From Candidatus Moanibacter sp. (lineage in GTDB: Bacteria; Verrucomicrobiota; Verrucomicrobiia; Opitutales; UBA2987), in assembly GCA_965215885.1 (NCBI GenBank), contig CBDCEW010000093.1, positions 1-64,000 on the forward strand: a DNA stretch of 64,000 nucleotides, read 5' to 3'. Below the pieces are notes generated by a model. That model did no database searches. It saw only the letters and a program-made list of their open reading frames with translations, and was not told the origin of the DNA. The position numbers and the translations under genes are program-made. This document shows, one piece after another, positions 40,376-52,493 of this stretch (position 1 is its first letter; every line of letters begins with the position of its first letter).

Positions 40376-42292
40376 GACCCCATTCGAAAAGCCTTTCGAG
40401 CGGACGGTTTAAGGTTCTCCGCCACGGGCGGACCAGCCTATGGCTGGCAGGTTTCGGGTTTTAGGCTGCCGGCGCTGCCGATGAGCAGGTATTGAGCGGC
40501 CATCGGCGTGGCTTGCTGCACAATACGTATATTTGCCGCTGTCTGGAGGCATACTCATCCCGTGGTGCTTTTTTCTCCGAGCTGCAAAGCGGTCAGATTC
40601 AGGCCGCCTGTTCCAGTTCCTCCCCTCGGCGTTTCTTCATCAGTATGATGCGGCAGAAGTTGTAGGCCAGAACCTTCTCGAGCAGTTCATCGCCTACCGC
40701 ATCGATGCCGCGGCGGCCGAGTTCGCCAAAGGCAAATCCATCTTTAATCGTGAACATCAGCGACTCCACTGCGGAGCGATCGCGGCGTGCCTCGCGATAC
40801 GCCTCGCTCTCCCAGTCCTCGGGGGTGGTCAACTTCTTGCCCTTCGCCCCACTGATACTGATCTGCTTTACCCCCATGCTCAGCACCTCCTTGCGTCCCT
40901 TCGCCGAAGCATATCCGTCATCGGTGCTGACCAGTTCAGCAATGACACCGGTGCGCTTGATCGAATCGCCGATGGCCGGCGCCAGCTCAATGGAGTCTGC
41001 CGCATTGCCTTGCGGTACGATCAGGCTGGTGACAAAACCGTTTTCGCTGCGAACCAGTTGTGGCTTGTACCCGATCACTGGATTGCGGCTGCCCTTCTTG
41101 ATGTAGGCCGCCGATCCGTCCGAGAGGCTCAGGACCTTCTGTGTGGACGGTAGCTTCTTTTCGTGAAACACCCGATCATGAGCATACTCAACAACCCGCT
41201 TGGCGTCGGCAATATCGCCCCTGATCTGGCTCAATGCCCGCTCCAGAAGCTCCCGGCGAGTGGGAGGCAGTGAATCCATCGACAGGCCCTCTTCAAGATG
41301 GCTCAGTTCCCCCGTTAGTGAGTCGGCCGCCTTGCGGCCCCGCTTGAGCAACCGCCGGTAGTGTTTCTTCAGCTTGCCCTTCGACTTCGGTTTGCCCGCG
41401 GCCAGACAAATCTGAAACTCCAGCTTGTCCATTTCCTCCAGCCAACGCCCAACCCATCCCTTGCGAAAATCCTCCAGCCCGAAGACATGCAACTTCTGAC
41501 CCAAACGATTGGCCCGCATCAAAAGACCGCTCAGAATCTTCCCATCGGTGGGCCAGCAGCTGTTTGCTTTCACCGAGGTGCTGTCGATCGTCAGCTTCCC
41601 GAAATCGTCCCATTGCTCCTGGAGGATAAACCCAATCTGTTTATCAAAGATCAACTCGCGGGTCGTATGGCTGACCAGGTTCACGTTCTCCAGAATCGTC
41701 GTCACCGCCGGCATTCTCAGTCCCCCGCTCTGCAAAAATCCGTACAAGCTCATCGACTCGCGCACAAACCGCCGTGCCGGTTTCGTGGTCAACGAACCCA
41801 GAAACCCTCGAATCATCACGAACACGTATACCGCATAAGCCGGCATCCGCGGCCGGCCTGCCCCAAGATTCAATTCAGCAGCCAGAATATTCTCCTCCTC
41901 GATGTCCAGCTCCGGCAGCTCCGCTGTGCGCCCTTCAAAGAACCTGCGATCTTCCAATCGAAGTTTCTTCTTCTCACGCGCATGGGCGTCCAGATCCTTC
42001 TCGATCGCCTCGATGATTTGCGCCGCGAACCCGGCCAATTCTTCGACTTCATCCAGAAAATCACGGAAATCCGTGTCTGGAACCGGCAGAATGAGGTTGC
42101 TAAGGGGCGTCTTATCGCTTTTGTTCTCCTCTGTCGCACATGTTGGCATGTTTAACTCCTTTCTTAATCTTAGGTTGTTAAACACTAGCATGTTGCGACA
42201 CTTTTTATCAAGCCAAAAAATGATTTTTCTCAAGTTTTTCTTGCGCCTTTTGCGCCTCTTTGCGGCCAATCAGTAGCTTTTCGGATAAGGTC
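40376..42292 (-). mobile_element. IS5-like/ISNCY insertion sequence (~1.9 kb)
   Basis: Inverted ends GACCCCATTCGAAAAGC vs GACCTTATCCGAAAAGC. TCTAACTAGA is present at both junctions (40368-40377, 42291-42300), so the duplication is TAACTA or AACT depending on where the ends are placed. Confidence 0.9.
40599..42149 (-). CDS. DDE transposase (IS5-like/ISNCY)
   Basis: GRP, IDST.V.AN..WPTD..L, KV.SL.D..A.YIKKG, GN.AD, D.GY, RSAVESL...K. Confidence 0.9.
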   Translation of the reverse strand: MPTCATEENKSDKTPLSNLILPVPDTDFRDFLDEVEELAGFAAQIIEAIEKDLDAHAREKKKLRLEDRRFFEGRTAELPELDIEEENILAAELNLGAGRPRMPAYAVYVFVMIRGFLGSLTTKPARRFVRESMSLYGFLQSGGLRMPAVTTILENVNLVSHTTRELIFDKQIGFILQEQWDDFGKLTIDSTSVKANSCWPTDGKILSGLLMRANRLGQKLHVFGLEDFRKGWVGRWLEEMDKLEFQICLAAGKPKSKGKLKKHYRRLLKRGRKAADSLTGELSHLEEGLSMDSLPPTRRELLERALSQIRGDIADAKRVVEYAHDRVFHEKKLPSTQKVLSLSDGSAAYIKKGSRNPVIGYKPQLVRSENGFVTSLIVPQGNAADSIELAPAIGDSIKRTGVIAELVSTDDGYASAKGRKEVLSMGVKQISISGAKGKKLTTPEDWESEAYREARRDRSAVESLMFTIKDGFAFGELGRRGIDAVGDELLEKVLAYNFCRIILMKKRRGEELEQAA

Positions 42293-42437
42293 TAACTAGA
42301 GTTATCGATGAGGACCTTTTGTTCAGATTTTACCCACGGTGGGCTTCGCCCCATCCCACAGTGCTTGTAAGTGCCCCTTTCTCCACGAATCGAAAACAGA
42401 CTCGATTGAGCACTCCTCCTTCATCGATTGATCACCG

Positions 42438-42619
42438 CTAGCCCACATATTTCACACACTTCGTCGCGAGACAGCGGAGGTTGTGGTGGATCAAGGGCTT
42501 ACCAAAGTCCGGCGGGTGACGGCGTGTTGGAACACGTGGAAGTCGGCGGACGAGGGAAGTCCTTGAGGCGCCGTAAGATCCGCTGTCGTAGCAGATGGCT
42601 TGTGAAATGTCCGGGCTAG
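42438..42619. mobile_element. Palindromic MITE-like element (family L), copy 3, nested in repeat family B
   Basis: CTAG-CCCACATATTTCACA...TGTGAAATGTCCGGG-CTAG splits ACCG / CAACAGTGGGATGG of the host repeat. Confidence 0.85.
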
Positions 42620-43150
42620 CAACAGTGGGATGGCTACTGCATCAGCGGGCTAACTCTTTCCCTTCCCATCCGTGGCCCTTCATTTTCCGACCTGCCGGGC
42701 TTGCTTCTTCTCTCTTCCCTATCCGTGGTACTGCTGAGTCCCGGCTCGCCGGGATGGGCAGCCTCTTCCAGTACAACTGTCCCAAATGATTCCCCTCCTT
42801 CCTTTGCGTCCCTGCTGTACAGCAGAGTCTTCGTCCCTGCGACTTCTCGACAGGGCGTAGTCCCGCTTGCGGGTCGAAGACCGTTGCGTGAGAATTTTTC
42901 TCCCCTTTCGCGTATTTCGCGGCCCAATACCTTCTAGCTTGCCGGCCTAACGTCACGAACAATCATGACTTCCTTCCCCCTTTGCGTCCCTGCTGTTCAC
43001 CAGGCCCTTCGACTTTGCGACTTCGCGTGACAAATCTTTCCCCTCCCCATCCGTTGCTCTTCTTTCATCCGTTGCAAAACCTCTCCCTCTCCCCATCCGT
43101 GGTACTGCAGAGCCATCCGTGGGCAAACTCTCTTCCTCAATCAGCCTCCA

Positions 43151-44761
43151 CTATTCACTATCATCCAGCGAGCGGCCCTCCTCAAGCCCCCGGAGCTTTT
43201 CCTCGATGAGCTCAAGCCTTTGGACAAAGTCCCGATTTTCTTCCCTGAGTTTGGCGATCTCGGATTCTCTCTCGTCCAGCAACCGCAGGAGGGCCTGGAT
43301 GGAGGCGAGAGCGACCCCTGCTGTATCCACAGTTGTGATCGCTTTATCACTGCCACCGAGGCCAAACGCCTCGAAGAAATCCTGCGCCATCGGCCCGAGG
43401 TGCCGCACGCTGCCGTCCTCCTTCTTGTAATTCCAGGTCTCGATTGGGAGCGCGGCGAGCTTCTCGAGCAGTTCCCGGTAATCGATTTCCTCAAAATTCT
43501 CCTTCAGGTTCACATCGGAAGCATTCGTCCATGCCCCGCCCGGGGTGACGTGAGCACCGCTCGCCATCTCGAGAGGTTGGTCTGGAGTAGTGATGCCAAT
43601 GCCCACATCCCCGTCATTCGCCACGAACAGTGCGTCGCTCACACTGCCGTTGGCCGAATCGAGGGAATGGCCGTCCGGGATATCACCGGGATCGATCGCC
43701 GTGCTCTGCAGGGTGCCGTCGGGGAAGCGGAAGCCGAGCCTTTTAGAATGGACGGTACCGTCTGTCTCCAGGGTGCCGTTTTCATGAAGGGTGAGGGCGA
43801 GCCCGGGTTCGGCATCCTGCATATAAGTCTGAAACCAGAGATCGGAATCTGCCGATATATTACTCCGCCCATTCGGATAGGCGTCACCGCTCGATTGGTA
43901 GCGGCCATCCCATTCGTTTCCCGGGCCAACGAGCTGGAATGTGTAAACGAGGCCCGATGTTAGGAAAGGCGCCTCCTCAAAGTCCAAGTCGAGCAATTGC
44001 TCTTCTCCATTTATGATATTGAAAGTCACAGTATCCGAAAAGAGGAGGGGGCCTGTGGTTCCCTCGCCGAAATAGACGCGAATGTTGGTCAAGAGAAATT
44101 GGAGAGTCTCCACCGGGAATAGCTCGATACCAGTTAGTTTCCCATTCTGGCCGGCCGTAAAGGATTGCCAGACATTAGACATGTCGGTATCGGCGTCATC
44201 GGTCATCTGCGACTGATCGACAAATGCCTGACCGGCCAGTATCCTGGACGGCACAAATATTTCGAGTTCGGTGCTATCGGTCGTAACCGCGTTCAACGTG
44301 ATCTCCTCCGCTACGTTCTCGGCGATCATGGCGTAACCCACCGCCCCGATGCGCTGGTCGGGGGAAAGTTGCAAGAGCCCGTTGCTCGTCCCGTCATCGA
44401 ACCAGACGCGGATCGATACGTTATCGTTCTCCGTAAAGACCGATGCGGGGATGGAAGTCATATTCAGGATCGATTCATCGCCCAGGAAGACGGAAAACAG
44501 CCCGTTCAACACCTCTGATTGCACCGCATTCGCCGGGATTGCCTGCCCCACATCCGTCCCGTCGTTATGCCAGAGAACCGCTTCCGTGCCCAGGGTTACA
44601 TCCTTGACGAGCGAGAATCGAAACTCGCCCACACCGCCAAAATTCTCCCCGTCCACCACTACCCGGCCCTGGTAGGTGATGAGACTGGGAACCTGCGCCT
44701 CAACCGCAATCGGCCAGAGTAGAACCGATAAGCAGAAAGAGAAATAGACAGAGTATTTCAT
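43151..44761 (-). CDS. Fibre 1: secreted tail-fibre-like protein with YQGR N-domain and C-terminal peptidase S74-type intramolecular chaperone
   Basis: Signal peptide ending AQVP, then LITYQGR..F.F..LW..GLFSV.LG..RVWF..LSPDQRI, G.VGIG.T.P, and SD.NLKEN..LPI.TWNYK..HLGPMAQDF...F.L plus a coiled coil. Confidence 0.88.
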   Translation of the reverse strand: MKYSVYFSFCLSVLLWPIAVEAQVPSLITYQGRVVVDGENFGGVGEFRFSLVKDVTLGTEAVLWHNDGTDVGQAIPANAVQSEVLNGLFSVFLGDESILNMTSIPASVFTENDNVSIRVWFDDGTSNGLLQLSPDQRIGAVGYAMIAENVAEEITLNAVTTDSTELEIFVPSRILAGQAFVDQSQMTDDADTDMSNVWQSFTAGQNGKLTGIELFPVETLQFLLTNIRVYFGEGTTGPLLFSDTVTFNIINGEEQLLDLDFEEAPFLTSGLVYTFQLVGPGNEWDGRYQSSGDAYPNGRSNISADSDLWFQTYMQDAEPGLALTLHENGTLETDGTVHSKRLGFRFPDGTLQSTAIDPGDIPDGHSLDSANGSVSDALFVANDGDVGIGITTPDQPLEMASGAHVTPGGAWTNASDVNLKENFEEIDYRELLEKLAALPIETWNYKKEDGSVRHLGPMAQDFFEAFGLGGSDKAITTVDTAGVALASIQALLRLLDERESEIAKLREENRDFVQRLELIEEKLRGLEEGRSLDDSE

Positions 44762-45227
44762 ATGAGAGACCGCTCATCCTGTCAGATTGTGCCTCTCCCG
44801 TCAGCAGAAATTTTCGCCTTCTAACGGGGTTTACAACTTCCCACGTAGCCGAGCCAGCAACGGCGCGGAAAATGCAACTCGTTCAATCCGCCTCTTATAC
44901 AGAGTTGGCTACCTCCATACCGAAAAGCTCCCTCTTTCCGCTACAGATAGTGCTGCGAAAGAAAACACCCCACACAATGCTTGTCATTGCGAGGAAGAAT
45001 GACGAAGCAATCCAGGTACTCGACCTTCCGTAGTCCTTCCGCCAACCTGGATTGCGTAACCGCACCGGCAACGGCGCGGAAACCCCTCGCCCATTCTCCG
45101 TTTCGCCGTCTCTCCGTTTCTTCCTCTTCCCCCATCCATTGCTCTCTCCGCCTCTTGTGCAGAGGCGGCTACTAATCCCTATGAAAGACGACCTGGCACA
45201 CTTCGATTCAGGCGGAAACCAGAGACG

Positions 45228-48200
45228 CTAAACGCTACTAAAAGATCCATCACTGAGAGGATCAAAGTTCTCATCGAAACAACCCACAAGTTTTCCCGTG
45301 CCAAAGCCTGCATCATGTGTGCCGTCCAATAAGGTCGTTGCTATATTGGCGCCGCCGCTCGAATCCACAAATATTGAATTGCTGCTCCCCTTGATGCGAC
45401 TGCCGAAGATATTCGCGTTTCCACCATCACAGTTTACGCCCGTTCCATTCGTATCGGAAACAACGATATCACTATCAGTAATGGTGGCCGCACCGGACGA
45501 AATGAGGACACCGTTATTTGCGCTACCGCCATTCGATACCGTGATAAAAACATCTTTAAGGACCACGAGACCCGTATTATTCAGGATAACCCCAGTCGCC
45601 GGGTTTGAGCCGCCCCCATCACCTTGTGCGTCTATATCGGAGTCCTGAAACGTGGCCGTCGCACCATCAATCTCTACGGCTGTGGGTCCATCGCCACTGG
45701 CGCTGACCGTGACTTTACAAAAGACCGGATTAGCGCCGCTTTCATTGGCTTGAACGCTCACAGCGACGGGAGTACCGTTTGCGAGGTCGGAGAATATCTC
45801 TACTTTATATATCGAAGGGGAGGTCGAATCGATTATCAAGGCTCTACCACCTCCGGTATTGGATACGGTCAAGAAGCGTAACTCTGAGTTCGATGCCCCA
45901 GTATTCAATATCGTGGTACCCGTGCCGGTATTACTGCCGGTGATAATCGTAATCCCAATCCCCGACCCCTCGATATCGACATAGTTTTTCATGCTCAAGG
46001 TGCTTGTTCCCAGGTCAAAAATTCCCGGCTCTATCTTCAGGAGATAGGGAGTCGAGCTGCCGGCCGAAATGCCGGCCAGCGCCGCGAGCAAGGCCGTCCC
46101 GTTTGCCGTATTGCTTCCAACCGGGCTGACCACGACCGTCTGCACCAAGTGAGCCGAGCTATCCCCGTCATGAACGGAGACATCAACTCCGTCGACCAAT
46201 CCCACCGGCCCGATATCGCCATTGCCGTCGATGACGATATTGTCGGCATCAATCGAGAAATCGCCGTTACCCGAGTCCACATCGATCGCAAAATTTCCAC
46301 CGCTCGTAAGGGAGCCGTCGGCCAGGACTGTTGATGCCGAGCCCGCCGTAAAGCTTTTCGCCGTGACGTCGCCGCTATTATTCACGACGAATTTGGCAGT
46401 CCCCGCGACTTCCAACTCCATGAGATTAGGCGAACTCCCGCTAGTCTCGTTTAAATGCGCCAAGGGCGTTGCGGCGGTCGAAATACTCTGAGCCGATCCC
46501 GGCACGACCTGGACATAGTCGCTAAGCCCGCCTCCCCCGGTCGCGTCCGCATGATCGTGGGTGGCGCTGGTAAAGTCCGCGATCGTTGGCTTGCCCAAGG
46601 TCTTGTTTGTCAAGGTCTGCGAATCGCTCGTGCCGACGAAGTTGCCGGTCACACCGTGCACACCGGAGCCGGCACCGGCACCGGCATGAGCGGACACATC
46701 GACCCCGTCCACCGTGCCGGCCAAAGTTAGGCTTCCCGCCAGATTGACAGAGAAATTGTTCGCCACGACCACAAAATCCTCAATTGAGGCATCGCCCCCC
46801 GCCACATCGATGGTAAATGCGGAGCTGTTCGATTTGGTGATGCCGTTTGCATCAAACGTCGTGGAGGAAAAACCTGCCGTATAACTGGTAGCGATCACAT
46901 TCCCGTCATTTTCAACGACAAATCTGTTTGATGGACCAACTTCCAGCTGGATCAGGTTGGGCGTGTTGCCTCCGTCATTCTCTCTGATATGAATCAAAGA
47001 TGTGGCGGCGCTGTTGATATTCTACACTGCACCCGGAACGATCTCCACGAATTCGCTGCCGGAATTGAGAGATACCCCACCGACATTCGTTAAGTTGAAT
47101 CCGTTCAGATCCAAATCGCCGCTGAAACTTCCAGTGCCGTTTACTGATAACCCGTCTGAATATACTATGCCACCGACTTCGAGATCGCCATCCGGGCTCA
47201 AAAGAGTCATACGTCGACGCAAAATTCCAGCGTTGTCTCTTACCCAGAAGGTCAGTGTTGAGGCCTCAAGATCTGGGTCCACTTATCGTGGCGACGGACG
47301 AAATCCGCCCAATGTCTTCAATCACACCATTGCTGTCCTCCACCTGAAAGAGGATACCGGTGCCGATCTGATCTTCTCCGTTACCTCCGGCGATTGTGTG
47401 GGTTACTGTGACCACGTCCGTGTTATCGCCCGACATCGAATCTTCCTCAGTAACACCTAACGTTCCCGAAACCGTCGTGTTTGCGTTGGCATTTATTGTC
47501 GAATCGGAGCTGTTCAGGTTAATGTCACCGTTAAGAGCATTGAGGTTCACATCCCGGTCCGAGTTGAGCGCAAGGTCACTGGATCCCCCCGTCGCCGAAA
47601 CGCTTACGGGTCCGTTACCCGTAATATTGCTTCCGACTCCGGTAATGTCGTTTCCCCCCAAATTGAGATCCCCACTCATCGTGTCGCCATCCAGATTGGC
47701 ATAGCGGTCATCGACGTCGACGGTATCGAGGTCGCCCTGATCGACCGTCCCCGTCCTTGATATTGTCGCTCAGGATCGTCTCCGAGGCGATCTTGTCGCC
47801 CGTGACGGCATCATCCGCGAGTTGATCGGTATCGACGGACCCGTCGGCAAGAAAGTCCGCCCCGAAGGCACCTATCGCGTCCAGGTTCTCATCGATACAA
47901 CTGTGGCACGGAAAAAGCGCTCCCACCGAGAGGGCCTTCAAACTGCGAGTTGATCCCCACAACATTTGCAGTGTTGTTGATTGAATTCATGTCGCCCACC
48001 ATGCGGCTGTTTCGAATGGTCGCGGTGCCATTGTTCACAACTTCGATACCGACAGATTTTGTGCCCATAGCAACCGCCTCTACCTGATCGACGAAAATAG
48101 AGGCGTCATTAATCCAGATACCAAAAATTCTATTAACTGTATTATCGCCCGACACCTCGATACTGATTCCAAAGAGGTCCGCCGTGGCAGAATTCGTGAG

Positions 48201-49172
48201 AATTACCCCAAAGGCATCGTTTCCTAAGTCAGCTTCTAAGTCTATAGCTACATCAGTAAGGTCAAACCTTCCTCCATTAGATGAAAATCCAGCAGGAGAA
48301 ACTCCGTCCACAACTTCGACGTTAACATGAAGCGCGAAAACTTCCTGTCCTGAAGCGGTGCGGAATCCGTTAAGGCCGCCCGCATTGACAACCTTCAGAC
48401 TTCGGAAGGCACAATTATCTACTGCCTGGGTTTCGGTCGTCTTTCCTATAACATAGATCCCCCGCCCTACGATTCTGGTAAGATCTCTTCCGGAGCCCTC
48501 AATATGAACATGTGACTTCAATGGTATGTGCCCATTTACTCCCAAATCGAATGTTCCCGGCTCCAGCTTCACCAGATAGGGCTTTGAAGAACTATTGTCC
48601 GTAATTCCATTCAACGCCGCGACAAGGGCGTCACCATTTTGCTCTACCGAGCCGCCCTCCACAGGTCCGACGAAGATCGTCGTAATACCCGGATTCAGGA
48701 CCTCCTGTGCCACCATCGCGAAGCCCACCGATGTGATGCGCTGGTCCGGCGATAGTTGCTCGAAGGCATTGGCCTGATCGCGGAACCAGACGCGCAAATC
48801 GACCTCGCTGTTATCGACAAAGATGCCGGGGGAAATGGGGACCATGAAGTGCGGCGAACTGCTATCGCCGAGGCCCACCGAGTAGAGGCCGTTTGTCACG
48901 GCAAGCGATACAAAACCATTGGGTTCGCCGTTTGTCCCCGAACTGTTCCCATTGTGGCTCCAGAGGACAGCTCCAGTACCATCTACGAGCACGAACTTAA
49001 AATCGCCGCTCCCGTCGAAGTTGACGCCGTTCTTAACGACACGTCCCTGGACGTTGATAATTTCCGGGACAGCCGCTCGGGCCGTGGAGCCCAAAGCGAA
49101 AGCGACAAGAATGAGAGAGATGAATCCACTCTTACGATATTTCATCATTAACTTTCCTTTTCTGTTTATCAA
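45228..49172 (-). pseudogene. Fibre 2: YQGR N-domain, beta-helix, shared stalk, second beta-helix (~1310 codons), broken by three frameshifts and one in-frame TAG
   Basis: ORFs 47889..49172, 47708..47965, 47266..47679, 47022..47282 and 45228..46997 are collinear with the paralogs. Breaks near 47910, 47750 and 47280. TAG at 47022-47024 where the paralog has CAG. Confidence 0.85.
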
Positions 49173-49335
49173 TATGCGAAACGCATGGTGCGAAGAGTCA
49201 ATGTGTTCTCCAACACCCAGATAGTGAGATCAGATCTGACCTATACACGGGCGAGATGCCTGGAGCAATTCAAAACGTAGTGGGTTACTGCGTAGCCGCG
49301 TCAGCAACGGCGCGGAACAGGGCCACTCAGGTAAG

Positions 49336-49551
49336 ACGCTCCAAGCCCGGAGATTCATAGAAAAGCCAGCCACAAAGAGGCACAAAAACCGCAAAAAAGA
49401 AAGCGAGATGATTCCTCATACACCAACTCTTTCATTACTAACCATTTATCACCCGCCCTTAAGAAGCCGTCTGAAATGATGGGGTTTTAAGCTCTTGATC
49501 ACCGCGAAGGAACAGTGGGATGGCTACGGCATCAGCGGGCAAATTCTTTGC
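49336..49551. repeat. ~215-bp direct repeat (family C), copy 1
   Basis: Shares CCAACTCTTTCATTACTAACCATTTATCACCCGCCCTTAAGAAGCCGT and its flanks with 63589..63800. The 3' end equals the family B end. Confidence 0.8.
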
Positions 49552-50457
49552 ATTTTCTTATCCAGGGTGGGCTTCCTAATCGTCCTCCGCTGATCGGAGC
49601 TTCACTTTTGCTTTCCTCACTGGATGCTGGGCTCTGATTGCTAAACGCTCAGGCCCTCCCTTCGATCCTGCCGAGCGGGACAAGGACAAGACGGACACCG
49701 TCATCTTATCCGCCTTTCGAAAAGCTTCCGCTTTCCGCTACTGATAGGGCGCAGATTTCTCAATAATCGTAGCGGAAAGCGGAAGCTTTTCGTATTACTA
49801 TCCGTCAGAACTTAGTTTTTTGAACACGTCTATTCTGTCAGTGAAGTATAAGAGGCTGGTAATCAAAGTATTGCGATCGACCCGTCGCCGCGTAGATCTG
49901 CCGAGGCGAGCAAGGGTCGTGACGAGGTTACCCAAGGGAAGTAGGAGTTTCCTTCTTCATTCGCGTTAATTTGCGGTTCTCTTCTTTTTCCCGCTCAGCG
50001 GGATTGCGGCTATGCTGTGCTAGGCTTTCTGCAATCCATTCATTGAGAGCGGTCTGCGAGCGATCCGTATCTGTCTGGCGATTCTCCTATTTCGAGCCCG
50101 TTCCATCGGGGGATAAACCCGCTTCCTGGCCTGAGCCTGCCGAAGGCCTACAATCCCTCGCGGGGTGGTCGTTCTGAATTCCTTAATACCGCCAGGCTGT
50201 AGGAGAGGCTTCATGCCTCGATCCGTATCCCCTTTTTTCATTGCTGAAGGATGGAGGAAAATTGAACGTGCGCCGGAGCGCCCAGCCTGCCTCGGCGAAT
50301 CACGCAGTGCGAAGACGGGTCCCACCCTGCCGTACGGCAAGGTTGTCAGCGGTGGACCGGGCCCTCCGGGCACGGTGGTCTCACGCCCGATTCGAAAAGC
50401 TCCCGCTTTCCGCTACATACGTCTATTCGCCCTAGGAAAATTCGTAGCGGAAAGCGG

Positions 50458-50557
50458 CCCAGGAGATGTCGGTGGTGCAATCCCCCCGCATGCCACGAAA
50501 GCCCCCGGATGGCTATTTTTTCGGCGAATTCGAAGGGCAAAACCCGACAGATTCCTA
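50458..50557. mobile_element. ~98-bp MITE-like element (family S), copy 3
   Basis: AGGAGATGTCGGTGGTG...CCGACAGATTCCTA. The terminal CTA is the stop codon of fibre 3. Confidence 0.7.
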
Positions 50558-52493
50558 AGGGTTCTCCGCCGAAAGTGAATCATCTTCAAATTCCAGAGTC
50601 ACTGAGACATCCTCGACGACAGATTGCGCGCAATTGCCACAGTCGATCTCGATATCGAGACGTTGCCCGCTGAGGCAGAAGAAGGAGTTGGTAGTATCAG
50701 AGCCATCGTTAACTCCCGCACCAAGTGTAACCGTCATATTGGTATCGCTTCCATTGAGTCTGGCAATTATGTCTGCCGATTCCGAAAAGCCGGGCGGCGT
50801 TTCTGCATGGACGTACATCTTCGTTACTTCGAGATCAGAATTGCAAACCATGAAGTGAAGTTCGCTGAATTCTGGAAATTGTATTCCCGGACCCGCAAAG
50901 ATAGAGGACCCTGCTTCCGCCTGTCCATCCAACACAAAGCTCTCGGTAAAGACGGCCTTATGAAAATGCTGATCGAGGTTGATGCCGTCGACCAATCCCA
51001 CCGGACTGATGTCGCCGTTGCCGTCGATACCGATATTCATGGCATTTACCGTAAAATCATTATTACCGGATCCCGCATCGACTGAGAAATTCCCGCCGCT
51101 CGTGAGGGAGCCATCGGCAAAGACAGTTGTGGCACTTCCCGCTGTAAAACTGTTCGCCATGACGTTGCCCTGATTATCGACTGCGAACTTATCCGTCCCC
51201 CCAACTTCCAACTCCATTAGATTAGGCGTACTTCCGCTCGTTTCGTTTAAATGCCCCAGGGTCGTTGCCGCGCTCGCAATCGTCTGGGCCGATCCGGGTA
51301 CGACGAGGACCAAACCGCTGAGTACGCCCCCGCCCGAGTTGCCCGTATGACTGTGCGTGGCATTGGAGAAGTCCCCGATCGTTGGCGTCGTCAGGGTCTT
51401 GTTGGTCAGGGTCTGGGAATCGCTGTTACCGACAACGCTGCCGGTGACTCCGTGCACTCCGGAACCGGCGGCGGCGTGGTCCGATAGGTTCACTCCGTCC
51501 ACAGTGCTCACGTTGATGATCTTGTTGGTTCCCACGTCGAAGTTGCCGCTCATTGCGTCTGAACCGTCCCGTTCGAGATACTGGAGGTGGTCGTCGTCAG
51601 CGTTGCCGGTGAGCCCGCCGTGATCGACCGGTGTCCCACCCAGGCCGCCACCGTGGTCATGTCCCTCTATGTCCACCCCATCGACCAATCCCACCGGACT
51701 GATATCGCCGTTGCCGTCGATGCTGATATTCATCGCATCAATCGTAAATTCACCGTTCCCCGAATCGACATCGACTGCCAGATCCCCGCTCGTCGACAGC
51801 GAGCCGTCGGCCAGAACGGTCGATGCGAAACCCGCCGTAAAACTCGTCGCGGTGACACCCCCGGCATTTTTGACCACGAACTTATCGATACCCCCGACTT
51901 CCACTTCGATGAAGTTCGGCGAACTTGGGCTGTTCTCGTTCAAATAAATAACGGAAGTTGCCGCGCTCGTAATGTCCTGGGCTGATCCGGGTACGATCCG
52001 CACGGAACCGCCACCGCTCATGTTGTCGGTATGACTGTGGGTAGCGTTCGAGAAGTCCGCGATCGTCGGCGCCGTCAGGGTCTTGTTTTTCAGGGTCTGG
52101 CTCCCGTCCGTTCCGACGAAGCTTCCCGCCACAAAGTGCACACCGGAACCGGCGGCAGCGTGGGCCGACACGTTCACACCGTCCACCGTGCCCACGTTGG
52201 TCACATTGTTGTCTTTCAGGTCCAGGTCGCCGTCAAACGTCGCCTCTCCGGCGCTCAATGTGCCGCTGATGGTTACGTTCCCTGATGCATCGATCTCGAA
52301 ATTGTCAGCCGTGACGATCAAGTCTTCTCCCACCGCGTCGCCCCCGGCCACATCGATCGTAAAGGCCGAACTGGTCGATTTTGTTATGCCGTCTTCCCCG
52401 AAGAAGGTCGTTGAGGAAAATCCTGCCGTGTAGCTCGTCGCCACGACATCACCGTCATTGTCAACGATAAACCGGGCCGATGGCCCCACTTCA

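Noticed and set aside
47022..47024. TAG recoding in fibre 2
   Set aside because: The paralog has CAG and TAG is a normal stop for several genes here, so a single C-to-T change in an already broken gene is simpler.
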